Part shown: positions 48,680 to 61,500 of the stretch, one piece after another
Numbering within the stretch: the stretch's first letter is position 1
Layout: each line of letters begins with the position of its first letter
NCBI RefSeq assembly: GCF_964204645.1
Contig: NC_134031.1
Location: 20,405,910 to 20,469,909 of the forward strand
Direction of reading: 5' to 3'
DNA length: 64,000 nucleotides
Source: Tubulanus polymorphus
Taxonomy: Eukaryota; Animalia; Nemertea
The notes under the pieces: generated by a model
Database searches by the model: none
What the model saw: the letters and a program-made list of their open reading frames with translations, nothing else
What the model was told of the DNA's origin: nothing
Made by a program: the position numbers and the translations under genes

Positions 48680-51600
48680 CTAACGTTTAGTGGTACGACG
48701 ACGACCCTTTGCCATGGTGCGACCAGATTTCGGAGTTCCCGTGGATCCTAGGCTAAACATATTCTGTCCACCTGAAAAGAACAATCATACAACATTCTGA
48801 TGACAGTAAAATTACTTTCCATTAATATCCAAAAGGTATAAGTCGACCACATTTAGTTTCATAGATAAAATGGTAGTTACCATTAATATTCTCGAAACCT
48901 ATTATGCGTACCTATGTGGTGGATGGGGGTGGTTAAAAAAGTTGCGTTCGAGGGAGGAAGGAGGTTAAAGAATAAGCTATTTTTTGCTTATGTACTTATT
49001 GAATGATCCCCAAGAACAAGATTTTCAGATTATTTACTAGCGCTAAACTTAATCCATCTTTTCAATTTCTGATGAAAGTTAACAGGTTATCGTTTTATCC
49101 TTGATTAGATATCTGTAGGTGTCACAGCAAGGTTACGATGACAGGCAAGGTAACTTACCAACACCGAAACCAGTACTAACTGCACCAAACGGTATAGAGG
49201 GTGCTGCAGCAGCGGCAGCGGTAAACTGAAACATACCTGGAGTACTTGGGGCAACTGCTGGGTTTGCTGCAAAATGAAATAAAAATATCCTTATACATTA
49301 AACACTTCTTCCAAATCCTAGTTCATTAAAAGTTGTTCGATGTATTCAAATGAAATTGTCTCTCTTAAAGAAGTTTTAAAGTTTCACCTAGAATGTTGAT
49401 TTTTTAAGGACACTGAAAATACATACACAGGGGCAGATTTAGGATCTGATTCAGGGAGAGTTGCACCACCAAAATAGGGCACATCATAAAGGGCACCCGG
49501 AAAGAAAGCTCAATCAACAACATAAACTGCACACACCGTGCACTTTCTCCTTTGATTCTCTGATTCTAACGAATTCTCTGGAGTCCTCAATAGTATGGAC
49601 AACACTCAGATGTTAAATAAGCAATTGATTTCGCTAATTTTCTTTAGATTGTGCAGGACAAAAAATGGGTCGTCTCCACAAAGACAATCAGCTTTGTGCG
49701 AAGCAGAGTCTACTATACAATGAATATTAAAAATTATATTTAGAAAATATCTACCTTAATCGCTGTGCTCATTTACTTACCAGCACCGAAATTGAAGCCT
49801 TGCGCAGAATTTCCAGCACCAAATGCGCTTGCATTCGATTGACCAAATCCACTTCCACCGCCAGCTGGTGCAAAAGGATTCGGGGTCGATGTCGATTGAG
49901 TGAAATTAAAACCTCCTGTATTTCCGCTCGGAGCTGGAGTCCCGAATGCCGGAGTAGCTGCAGTAGAACTGCCGAATGCTGGCACAGAATTTTGATTAGC
50001 GCTTCCAAATGCCGACGTCGAACTACCAAAAGCCGGAGTAGCGGAACCCGCTCCAAAAGCGGGTGTATTTGTGTTTTGCGTTGCTCCGAATATCGGTGTT
50101 TGAGCGGTTTGAGCGCCGAAAGCCGGCGCCGGAGACTGTCCAAATCCTGTACTCGTAGAAGAACCTGTTCCACCAAAAATACTACCACCTGTATTAGATT
50201 GAGTAGCGGTAGCAGCGGAAAAGTTAAATCCACTATTCGCGGCAGTTTTTGCTGTTTGTGCGAACGCGAACGGATTTGCATTCGGTGGAGGTTGCCCAGC
50301 TGCGGATGATGCCCCGAACGTTCCCTGTTGGGACGTTGCGCCGAAGTTAAATCCACTTGCTGAAGTTTTCGCGGGAGCACTGCTGCTGTTGAAACTGAAT
50401 GTTGACGCATTCTTAGATGAAGCCGCTCCAAAATTGAACCCGGAACTTGAGCCAGTTTTCGTTAAATTAGACGCAGCCGAATTATTATTTGTCGTCGAAA
50501 AGTTAAACACACCTGAGGGCGCCGTGCTTGCCGGAGGTGCTGAGAAGTTAAATCCACTAGATGGCGCAGTGCTTGCTGGTGGTGCTGAGAAGTTAAATCC
50601 ACTAGATGGCGCAGTGCTTGCTGGAGGTGCTGAGAAATTAAATCCACTAGATGGTGCAGTGCCAGCAGGAGGTGCCGAGAAATTAAATCCGCTAGATGGC
50701 GCAGTGGTAGCTGGAGGTGCCGAGAAATTAAATCCACTAGATGGCGCAGTGCTAGCTGGAGGTGCTGCGAAATTAAATCCACTAGATGGCGCAGTACTGA
50801 CAGCAGGTGCTCCTCCAAATATAAATGACGACTTTGTTTCAGTGGATGATGTTGGTTTCGCAGCTATAGATAGATTGATTGCCGATGATGCGGTTGTAAC
50901 TGTTGTCCCTGTTCCACCAAAAAAACTTTTTGATGACCCAAAAACTGATGAACTAGAAGTCTGTCCTCCGCTGAATGAGAAAGTACTTGATGGTGCTGCA
51001 GCTGTAGTTGTAGGAGCACCAAATGAAAATCCACCAGCAGATGGAACTGATGTAGTTGTGGTCGAAGGTGCACCAAATAACCCGCCAGTAGATGGCGCGG
51101 CACTTGTTTTGGTAGAGGATGAAAATGCACCACCTGCAGATGCTGAAGAACCAAATGAAAATCCGCCAATAGCTGGCCCTGCAGCGGTTGAAGCAGCTGA
51201 AGAACCAAATAAGAGTCCACCAGCAGCTGGTGCTGCAGCAGTTGCAGCAGCTGAATGACCAAATAAGAGTCCACCAGCAGCCGGTGCGGCAGCAGTTGCA
51301 GCAGCTGAAGGACCAAATGAGAGCCCACTAGCAGCCGGTGCTGCAGCAGTTGTAGCAGCTGAAGGACCAAATGAGAATGCCCCCGTAGCTGGAGTTGACA
51401 ATCCACCAGTTGATCCAAACGACAATGTTACAGGAGCTACAGATGCTGCACTCGTGGCTATTGTGTTCGATGCAAATCCTGCTGATGCTGTAGCTGCTGT
51501 TGAGTTCAGTGCAAACACAGAACCTGTAGTTGATCCTGTAGAGGAACTCGCACCTGCACCAAATATTGCACCAGCTGATTTAGATACTGAAGGTGAGAAA

Positions 51601-54600
51601 ATACCAGCAACCGGAGCATTCGAATCTCCTGATACCTGAGATGAGGATGCTGGCGTGGCTGCATTTGAATTGGTAGGGTTTGGTAAAACTAATGGCGAAC
51701 CAGTGTTTTTGGTAAGACTAATTTGGAATGGTGATGATGATACTGTAGTACTCGTCGACGCGGTGGTTGCTGTCGAAACTTTAGATGCCAGAACAGACAA
51801 CACGGATGGCTTAATTCCATTTCCAAGTACAGATAAGACAGACGTAACACTCGGAGAAGTTGAAGGACCACTTGAAGATGCTGTAAGAGAACTTGTTGGA
51901 GTCGGAGTGCTGATTAATGAAGGCAAAGACAAACTAGCAGCAGACGTAGGCAAAGTTGAAGATGATAAACTAATTGCTCCTAAACCATTCATGGATGATG
52001 TTGCTGTTTTAGAACCAGGTGATGCAACAGACAATGGAGTAGATGAACTGTCAGGAGCGGTGTTCGATGTTTGAAGAACTGAAAAGTAGAAGTACTCAAC
52101 AATAAGATATCTTGTCATTATTATCACTATAAGTACATGTTACTCAGTTCAAGCAGCCTATTGGCTTATATAGCTATGCTATATTAATTCCATTATACTC
52201 TATTTTTCTGGTCCAGTGAACACTGTGTACATTTAAAGACTAGTAGCGATTAATAGAATTATTGGAGTCAAATCAAGCTAAGCAGTCTGTCGGCTGATGC
52301 AGCTCTGGGGTTTTTTGATAACTTCATTATCTTTGATTTAACGAATGGCCCCACCACTTAGGGCAACCCTAACGGATCAAAACCAAGAATAGCTATGTAA
52401 TTAAGTAGCTGTAGTCCATAGAACATCCATACTAAATTTGGATATGATCTAATTAACACTGTACTTACCACTAGTCTTGAAAGTCAGAGTTGAAGAGGTA
52501 GCTGGTGCACTAGCCAGTATAGATGGCGCTGATAATGCTGATAGTATTGATGGAGTTGTGCCGGTGCTGCTCGTTACTGTTGTCACGCTCGACGATGAGA
52601 GCACATCAGGCTGGCGTTCAGCTATTCAACAAAGAGGTCAAACATTTCAGAAATATGAAAATAGCTGCGTTAATTCGGGAGAACGAGTCGACTCATTTTG
52701 GGCGTATGCTTACATCCTATACGCCTATTCTCTTAGGGTTTTGGACCTACGTATATACATTCATGTCAACACTGATCACCTGAGTGTTTTGAACATATTC
52801 ATAAGACCTTGCTGTTATGATGTTTCCCTGACATTCGTTAGATGTCGCTCTGGTCTTTATTCAGAACAGCCATGACACCCTTGTGATTTATTGAAACCCT
52901 AGAAACCCTGAACGCTCACAGAACATGCATGAGCATTATATAAGGTTATCTTTGATGGACTTCAAATCATTAGATAGTACACACTGTCAAAAACATACGC
53001 ATATCTATCTAGTCACTAGAATTCAATAATTGTATTTTTGATTTACCTTTTCCTAACATCGATTCGACGCGAGCTTTTGCTGCTAAACGATCCCTTTCTA
53101 TATTCTTCAATTCTAACTCAATCAACTCTTTCTTCTTTTCTGCGGGTAACTGAACAAAGTGAAATTCATTATGGAATGTAGAAACATATTTCTCGTATAA
53201 CCAGTTATACACATATATCTATTCAATAATGATAAAGAAGGCAAATATAATAAAAATACCTATACACTGTACGATATTAAGTGAAATTTTTATCTCTCGA
53301 CATTTCTTTGAACAAATAGGGGTTTTCCCATACTATCTTTCATTCTAACAAACATTTATTTCAGCAAATCAGTTTACGAAAAAACAATTGAATAGAAAAT
53401 AGAGCTAAAAAGCAATGATAATGCAGGTGTGGATCCAGCATTTTCAAAGTGGGGGTGCTACGCTGGTAATCCCACAGAAAAATTAGCCTAAATTAGGCAC
53501 TCATGATTATCTCATAAAGCCCTATCTTATGTGCAAAATGTACCATGTACTTTGAAATATAGCATTGAAAAACTGAAAATAATTAATACAAAGAACCTCC
53601 AGCACCCATAGTTACCCCCTGGATCAGTGGCTGTAATGGGGGTTTTCTTCCTTGCTGGTTCAAAAAGGCCGTACTACGCAGGTCCAGCAATAAAATCACA
53701 ATTTCAAATTACGTCAAATAAATATATAAAAAATATACGTTTATAAAGGAAATACTGAATTGAAATAGATACTTACTTCTGGTAGAGTTCTATTAAGAGG
53801 AGGTGATACTGTTTTCTGAGTAGATCTCACCAGTAAACCGAGAGGTGTACCGCGTGGTATCGCCGAGCCAACGCTCAATATTTTGGGTGGCGTTAATTTC
53901 GTTTGTGATGAAGGCGCTTTCGACGTTCCTACGTGGGTTTCTTTAGGAGTTTGACATTCAGTCTGAGTTTCAGAATCGCTAAAAAAAAAGATTGATCCCA
54001 TTGTGTCAATCATTTTCGATTAATTGATCAGAATATCATTGAAGATTTCTTGCTCAATTCTTATATTTATGATATTTCATACGGGCTTTAACACTTCTAA
54101 TCATAAACCCAGGATTAATACATGGAGCCATTTATAACTAAGTTTACTGATTAGGCCTGGAACCATTGTCGCATATAGAAAAACAATTTCCCCAAATTAA
54201 AAAGGTAGCAGAGTTATCTAGTAATATACCAAAATTAGAGGGATACAAAGTGCTGGAAAATGATTCTTTGAGTTCCAAGGAATTAAAACCACATAGATTC
54301 ATTCCTAACTAACGACAAGCTTCAAATCCATGATCTACACGATAAAACTAAACCGGCGTTTCTTACCCCTCATGATCTCTACGATAAAACCAAACCGGCA
54401 TTTCTTACCTCTGTAAAGGATTTTCTTCTGTATCTATTCTGATATCTGTTTCTCCTATAACGATATTCGGTCGTTTAACGCGAATATCGCGATCATCAAC
54501 ATTCTCTTTAATATTCTCCTAGTAAATTAGAAAATTAAATAACTATAACCTTTTACCGTTACCTACAGTCAAATGTTGCCACAAATATATTTTGTGCAAC

Positions 54601-56862
54601 GTTTTGATTTGCCGAAGAGCCCTAGTATCTGAAACAAACTGTTTAGAGTAATAAAATTTTTTGGCTATCATTTTCGCTAAGTGCATATTTTCTAGCCCAT
54701 CCTCGCTTGCCAGGGTTTGATTGCCTCCCGCCGAAGCTCACGCTAACACTAAACTCTGGCAAACCCTTCATTGGTCTTTTTCATTGCCAAGATTTCTTAG
54801 GTGGACAGGTTGCCGCTAAGTGGCCACCAATCTATATATCTAGCCAATCAGATGTGTAGTGAATCCGCGGTTGAAAAGTAAAATAATGTCATACCTTACA
54901 GCGTCGACTCGAAGAATAAGAGCTCTCTATCGAACTCAATCCGACGATTATCTTGCGATGTTTATGAGTCGCCAAGCGAGGACTAGCATCTGGTGGTAAA
55001 GCTCTCTTCAGTGACGGCGTAATCGTTTCATCCATCGTCGTCGTCACTGCGGCAGCCGCGACTACCGGTTCCGGTGATAGTTCGTTGAGAGTCAGAGTCG
55101 TATCGTGTTCGTCCATCTGTCGCCTAATTTCACCCGCGAGAAAAACGCATGAGATCATTATTGTCGATATTCGCTGTTTTAGGTAGAAAATGCTGACTGC
55201 AGTAAAACTTGCGCTATTCAGAAGAGAATTCGATTTATAAAATATGAGATATTGTAGGTGCTAATAGGAAAATGAAATGGAAAATTCCGGGGGCCGGTTC
55301 CATAGTCATGGCTAAAACTTACTCCCAGTCTAAGACCATTTTAATTCCATAGCCAATCTAACAACAACTTAAGACCAATCTTAAGACATGAGCCCACGTT
55401 TGGACTTAAGTCTCAACTGTGGAACTGGCCCCAGGCGTATGAATGCCTTACAACTACCGTAATCTGATTAATAGCGATCCGACAAATTTTACTGCAGTAA
55501 TCAACCGGTAAATTCAATTCTGAATATGAAGTTATTTCTTACCGTCTTTTAGAAGCACGTTCAGGAGTCGATGCGGTCGGCATTGATTCATTTGAACTTT
55601 CAACTATTGAACGTTTTCTGTGGACGACAAATAGATAAAATATGATAAAATAGATATAAGTAAAACGAAGATCCAGTTCTACAATTCTGTGTTAAAAGTA
55701 GTTTAATTTTCAATGAATTATAATTCTTCAGTCTAAACGTAACTCAGAACTGTGGAACTGGATCCTGGTGGCGTTTAGAATATATCTCTTTTCGATATGT
55801 CACACACTACCTTTTCTCTTTCAATGCTTGTAAAGCTTGCATGACCGATGTCGTTGAAGATGACGAGTTGTACGGCTTCAGAATATAAGGCGACCTGAAA
55901 GCAAATATAATGATAAATCAAGTACCATATTTCAATAGGTTAAGTTATGCTTGTTGAAAAATCTAAGAGACTTGAGACGCGGCTTTTAAGACTCATCTCT
56001 TTACCCACACATATAGCAGTATACAACCAGCATGAGCACATTGCCACTAGAGATGTTATATCATATGCGGATATCTTGATAGCTTAGACCATCTACACCC
56101 TTATCATCACTTACGTGGGTTTCTGTCGACCGGACTTCGGCGGAGCTATTTTAACGGTGACCGGCGATCTCATTTCGCGCGACGACCTCGCATTTAAGTT
56201 CAAGCGAGCAGACGCGTTCAAATTGACGACGGGATAAACACCGATGCTGGTCGGCGACGGAGCAGCCGATGGCGAAATGACTCGGTTTGGATATGCGCCA
56301 TTGCGGTACGGACTGAACGGACTCGTCGCTCCATATTTAGATATCGTCAAAAAACTGAAATGAATAATTTTGTGTGTATTGAGTCAGATTGTTGGAAAAA
56401 ATGGCCAAGGAGAATATTTCCACGAAAATATGGCTAAGGCAGCACGGTGTATCATTAGTAACTAATATCAAAAATATGTTTGCTAGTATTTAGATTGTTT
56501 GACACGTGCTGCTATATTTCACCACACTTAGGGTTAGGGTTAGTGTGCGGGTCTGTGACAATGTGCGTGTTATTTTACCTGGAGTTTCCACTAATATCCG
56601 GCTGAATGTGATTATAATTCGTGCTTCTGTTCAATCTCTGTCGGGCGGTGCTAGCAGCCGCGTAAAACTTCCTTACTCTCGTTCGATCCATCGGAACGAT
56701 GCTCGTTTCTGTGCCTTTGTCCCAATGCGGCCGAAGTTGTTGATGATGATGATGGATATTCGCGAAACTGTCAAAGAAATTCAGCGCGCCGTTTCTTAGG
56801 CCTTCGAACCGTGAAAATAATCCAGCAGCTGGTAAATCAACCGATCGGTTGTTATTGTTCAT
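48680..56862 (-). CDS. POM121: POM121-like FG-repeat nucleoporin, about 12 exons
   Basis: Contains SPVTVKIAPP, ALKEKRKR...SKRRR, SLKR and SSYSSSR in the same order as vertebrate POM121; a 2.3-kb S/T/A/FG exon (49781-52078); and a basic tail MFSLGSTGTPKSGRTMAKGRRRTTKR*. Confidence 0.82.
50500..50800 (-). repeat. Coding 45-bp tandem repeat (ASTAPSSGFNFSAPP, about 7 copies); a 54-bp repeat (GLLFGSSAAATAAAPAAG-type) lies at ~51140-51390
   Basis: Visible in both the DNA and the translation of the large FG exon. Confidence 0.92.
55291..55431. mobile_element. Harbinger-type MITE, inverted copy of the 296-436 family
   Basis: GGGCCGGTTCCA...TGGAACTGGCCC termini with CGG/CAG flanks; interior AGCCAATCTAACAA. 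Confidence 0.7.
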
Positions 56863-57363
56863 CGCATTTAAGTTTTAATTTGTTGGCTGTTGAACCCTTA
56901 GTCTATAAGTTGAGACGGATGGGACTGACTGATCGGAGTGGTACGGCCTGCGTCCGCACCGGGCTGCGTTACTACAGCCAGTATCTCTAGCACTGTTTTG
57001 ATCAATGAAACCGTACAATTAATTGGGACAATTGGAACGCTTAGTTTAGTTAAGAAATATGTCTTTGCCACTAGGGCAGCAACTTTTGATTTGGAAAACG
57101 ACGATGTCGTCACTGTCAGTCAGTACCAGTCAGTGTAAAACACTTTACTACACTGTCCGGGCCGCACTGTCCCCCGGCCTCCTCAGATGATAGTATTAAT
57201 GTGATTGTGGATAATGACGTGGTTAAATGAAGGAAAACTGCTGAACATGAAAACTTTTAGGCAATCATTGTAGATGATGATTTATGTTTTGGTCCACTTT
57301 TCAAAATCAAACATCATGCTAGAAGTTACTTTTTGAAATAAATTTTCTTCTATCCTTCCCAGA

Positions 57364-57690
57364 AATGGGTGGCTCCGAGAATATATACATCAGGGCATCC
57401 ACATCGTTCACCAATCATCGTTCCTCAGTGAAAAGTGGTTTGTTTCCTCAGCAAAATTAAATTTTAATCTAAGCCCGTTAAGAGCCCCGAGCTTATATCC
57501 GCTTAGTTTATTTTATCATTGTTTTGTTTCAACTAACGTTACGAATTTTCGAATAAGTAATAATAGCATAATTGAAGTCTACAAATTACTGACGTGGCGA
57601 GTGGCCGCTGTACGGTATTCCCCGATTTGAATAGGAAAGCACTGCCACGATATGGATGCCCTAATTTGGATATTCTCGGAGCTACCCATT
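57364..57690. repeat. Inverted repeat pair (~44-bp arms) in the POM121/NCAPD2 intergenic region, probably an old MITE
   Basis: AATGGGTGGCTCCGAGAATAT...AGGGCATCCACATCGT versus ACGATATGGATGCCCT...ATATTCTCGGAGCTACCCATT. Confidence 0.6.
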
Positions 57691-57752
57691 ATTGTTACCA
57701 TTCAGCGTCCGGAAGTTGGTCCATCACTCTAAACCGGTGATTAGTGAATACC

Positions 57753-58220
57753 AATTCAAATCCAAATTTGAATTATCTGCTGATAGGGAAGTTTCCCACA
57801 AATAACCAAAAACTGTAAGCCACTAAAAGGCCCCAAATTAGATATTTCACACATGTAACGAATGTGAAAAACCACATGCCTTTTCGCAGCTAACCGTATT
57901 GATTCCATAATTTTAAACCAAATCCGGTAATTAGTGATAACTGCGTTTCCTATGCGGGAAATACGACGAAAAGTTGTTGATTTTTGGTCTTTATTTACGA
58001 TTTTCGGTAAGTATTCAATGTTAGATATATCAGAAATTTGAAAATGACGAGGCGAGGATGTTTACAGAATGTGCTTTGCATTTGAATAGAGTTTATAACA
58101 CGCGCCTCAACGTAAAATCCTCCTCCGTCACAGGCGTCACATTCGAACGAAAGAAAAAAGAAAGTGTAAGGTAGGTGGCAGCATCGTCGTTGGCGTTGAG
58201 CTGTCAAACAGAATTTTGAA
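57753..58220 (+). promoter_or_regulatory. Cell-cycle-type promoter of NCAPD2: E2F site plus several CHR-like TTTGAA motifs; probable non-coding first exon ending at 58006
   Basis: GCGGGAAA at 57954-57961; inverted pair AATTCAAA...TTTGAATT at 57753-57774; TTTGAA at 58037, 58081 and 58215; CG|GTAAGT donor at 58007 and a poly-T TAG acceptor at 58493. Confidence 0.45.
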
Positions 58221-58517
58221 TCGGCTGCAAATAAATATTTGATAATGAACGTGTAGTAGGTAGCGTTTTTGGTGCCACGTGAACATTCCTTTTTCAAAAT
58301 TAATATTTATTCTTCGATCGCGCACACCCGAAAACTAATATTCCTCAATAAGTTGATGCTGACAGTAGGGCTAAAAGCACGGAAGAAGTATCCTTTCATT
58401 AGAAATTTTTTTGAAAATTTTCCCATTTATCGAAATTGTCATAAATGTGAACCGTAGAAATAATTATCAAATTTTGATATGTATTTTTTTTAGGTCGTAC
58501 CCGTGTATGAATGAAGT

Positions 58518-61500
58518 ATGACTTATGAATTTTTGGTGCCATCGTCGAGGGACGACCTCCTCAATCGAACTGGTCCCGATCAGTATGTCGTCGATGAGGT
58601 TTACACCTTGCGTAATCTACCCACAATTGTGCGAGGTTCGTTGGATATTTTTATTTGCTGTATTACTTGGTTTTCACAGTACCTGGAATTGGGAAGTTCA
58701 TCAAAACAACATCTGTTTGGAAATATAGTAGATTTTCCACTAGGCCTAACCTGAGGAATCCATTAAAACCTAATGCCGTGTTTTGGGATTTCAATATCGC
58801 TTGCGCTAGGGCAACTTAATCAGCAATTTTTTTTGAAAATCAGTTTTATCACCCATTTGTCACAAAACTTAGCTTACCTTTAGTACGGTGAGTTCAACAC
58901 TTATGATGAATGAGAATAACTTTCTATATAATCGATATAAGCATCCTATCTTAACGAACTCATCAACAAATTTTTATTTTACAACGTGGATGTTGCATCC
59001 TCCGGCTAAAAGGCTCCAAAGCTACAATTGTCGTTCATACTTATGACATTTTTGGGAAAATCTTTAATATTTCGAATTCATGTTACTGTGGGAACAATGG
59101 TTGGGTTACTCCTTTATTTGTCTATTGCAATGGCTTTGCACCGGAATGAAGTAATAATTGGCAAAATTTTGCTAGATTGCTGTTAAAATGGCTGAAAGAA
59201 ATTTATTTTAAACAAGCATTGTCATATTTAACTAATTTTCCTTCAAATCTTCCGACAAAAGTTCAGTTTGCCCTAAGTCGAAATTAGCAAAAGAACAACA
59301 ATTCTTTTCACTATGAGTGGTTTTTATTATTTAGATTATAAGAGCAGCGTTAGAACTAAAGGTGGTTTAACGGTACTCACTGCATTTGACGGCATATTCA
59401 GCGTTTTGATGTAAGTAGCTTCTGAAAATTGAGAAGATTTTCCTAAATAGTAAAACAGTGTTTTGAATGCATGTACTGCGTCTGTTGCTATTAATATGAT
59501 TTCAATTCTAAGGCCTTTTTTGATTTCGTGGAATGTTCAAATAGGAATTGTGTAATTTCTTTTACTGTTTGTTTCGCTTTAGGAATTGGAATGATGCTGA
59601 TATACATATGAAAGAAACTACTTGGGAAACACTGCTAGACGGTAAGAACTGTTGATAATTCATACCCATTATTTTTCTTACAACAAATTCTCCACTTATG
59701 GCAAGTGATGTTCTGCCAGGAGTTTCGCTTGTAATTATTCGGTCTACCCTCAATTTTAGTTAAGATTGAATGAACTTTTCTCTCGAATAAATCGATTATT
59801 AATGAAAATTCAATCAATAACTGAGCTGAGAAATCAATTGATTGTGTATTAGGCGGGTCCTGTTATAGTGTATCGATTTGTTAGCCATCAATTCAGTTCA
59901 AATGGTAGAATAGCCTGTGCACTCTGACGTGGAGAACACATAATAAGTTTAAAACCCACTGCATACAGAATTTAAAGGATTAGAAATGAATTTTATTTAT
60001 CAAGAATTGAGATACACGACGTTTAAACTTATAATTCTATTCAAAGTTGATCGAAAAGTTGAAGTAGTTTTGTCAACGTATAACTGAGTGCTCGTCACGC
60101 CATCTGGTGTTACGGGGGTTTACCATCGATTCCAAAGCTGAAAACACGGCCATTTTTGCTTTTTACTCTTACAGAAATGAATCAACATACGGCGGTTTTA
60201 CCGAATTTAGTCGATGAAAACACAATGGATCATCACACACGGTTACAGCACCTGAACGCCGTCAAGATGCATTGTTATCTGTTATGTCAAATGATGGAAG
60301 CGTTCGAGAATACAGTTACAAGTAGTTCCACTGTTTTATCGGTTAAAGTGAGTTGACTGTCTATGAAAAATCTAATGCAGTTATACCACCAATTTGCGGC
60401 ACTGGCCAGGTCACATGTGAAAAGCAAGAGTGCAATGGGGTCAGATTGATGAGGAAAAGGAGAGAATCCCACAATGATAATAAAAAGTCCGAAAATGAAA
60501 CTTCGATTATTATTCCTGAAGATGACTATTAGGATATAGTCGAAACGTTGAATAAACTACTATCTCGAAGTTTCATTTTCGGACTTTTTATTATCATTGT
60601 GGGATTCTCTCCTCATCGCGTCAACACGGATATTGTGTTTTACCTATCGTGATGATGAGGAAAACTTTGAATATCATGTTTTTGATGAAATTTAAGTGAA
60701 TTTGCCACACAAAAAACGTGCCTGTAATTGTTTAATTTTCAGGGCCGACGTAAGAAAACTGATCGGGTGAAAAATCTAGCTGGATTTAATTGGGATAGTC
60801 AAAGTGAAGTCGGAGTTCGAACTTTACTGAAGACAATACAGATAAACATACACAGATTATGGGAGCCACCGGTGGTTGAAGAAGAATTCATCAAGTAAGA
60901 AATAATTTACTTATTCGCCCCTGGCTAAGCTTTGTTCTATTCCTTTAGCGAACTTATAATGGATGTTTCTATCCATTACTCAAGTAATTTATCCATCAAA
61001 ACTTGGGATATCTTCAGGCTAAATATCAAAGATTATTTTTAAATTAAAGATTATTTTGTCGTATTTTTAGCATGGTGACTAGTTGCTGTTACAAACTGTT
61101 GGAGAATTCGAAGATTAATCGCAACAAACCGACCCGGGACAATATCTTCCACTTAATGGCCATCGTCATCAAGAAATATAATCATTCATTGGGTAAGGAT
61201 GTTGATAATTGATTATTGATCAATCGTGGGAGGTGTTGTTTGGTTGGAATCTTGCTGTGTCCAGCACTCTGAGTCATATGAGTGTCGGCGTCTGATCCAA
61301 GCCTCACTGCCTCCTAGTGAAGCTCACTTATCGAAAGATTAACCCTTCAAGTTTCCCTTTCATTTCATTTTCCCTCCAAGCTCCTTGCAATACCAACAAT
61401 CTTTCATGTTATACACCAAACCTAGGCCTACTCGGAAATGGTCAACTCAGACTTTTGACTCGCTGTGGGTTAAGGATTTTGCAAAAGTGTATAGGAAGGG

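Noticed and set aside
49769-52074. Long alternative-frame and antisense ORFs over the FG exon (e.g. 50389-51258 +, 49769-50431 -)
   Set aside because: Shadow ORFs produced by low-complexity Ala/Ser/Gly codons and in-frame tandem repeats; several have no ATG start and none shows independent features.
56898-57113. ORF upstream of POM121 as the missing transmembrane exon
   Set aside because: GTG start, not hydrophobic enough, and it stops before the main ORF with no convincing splice path.
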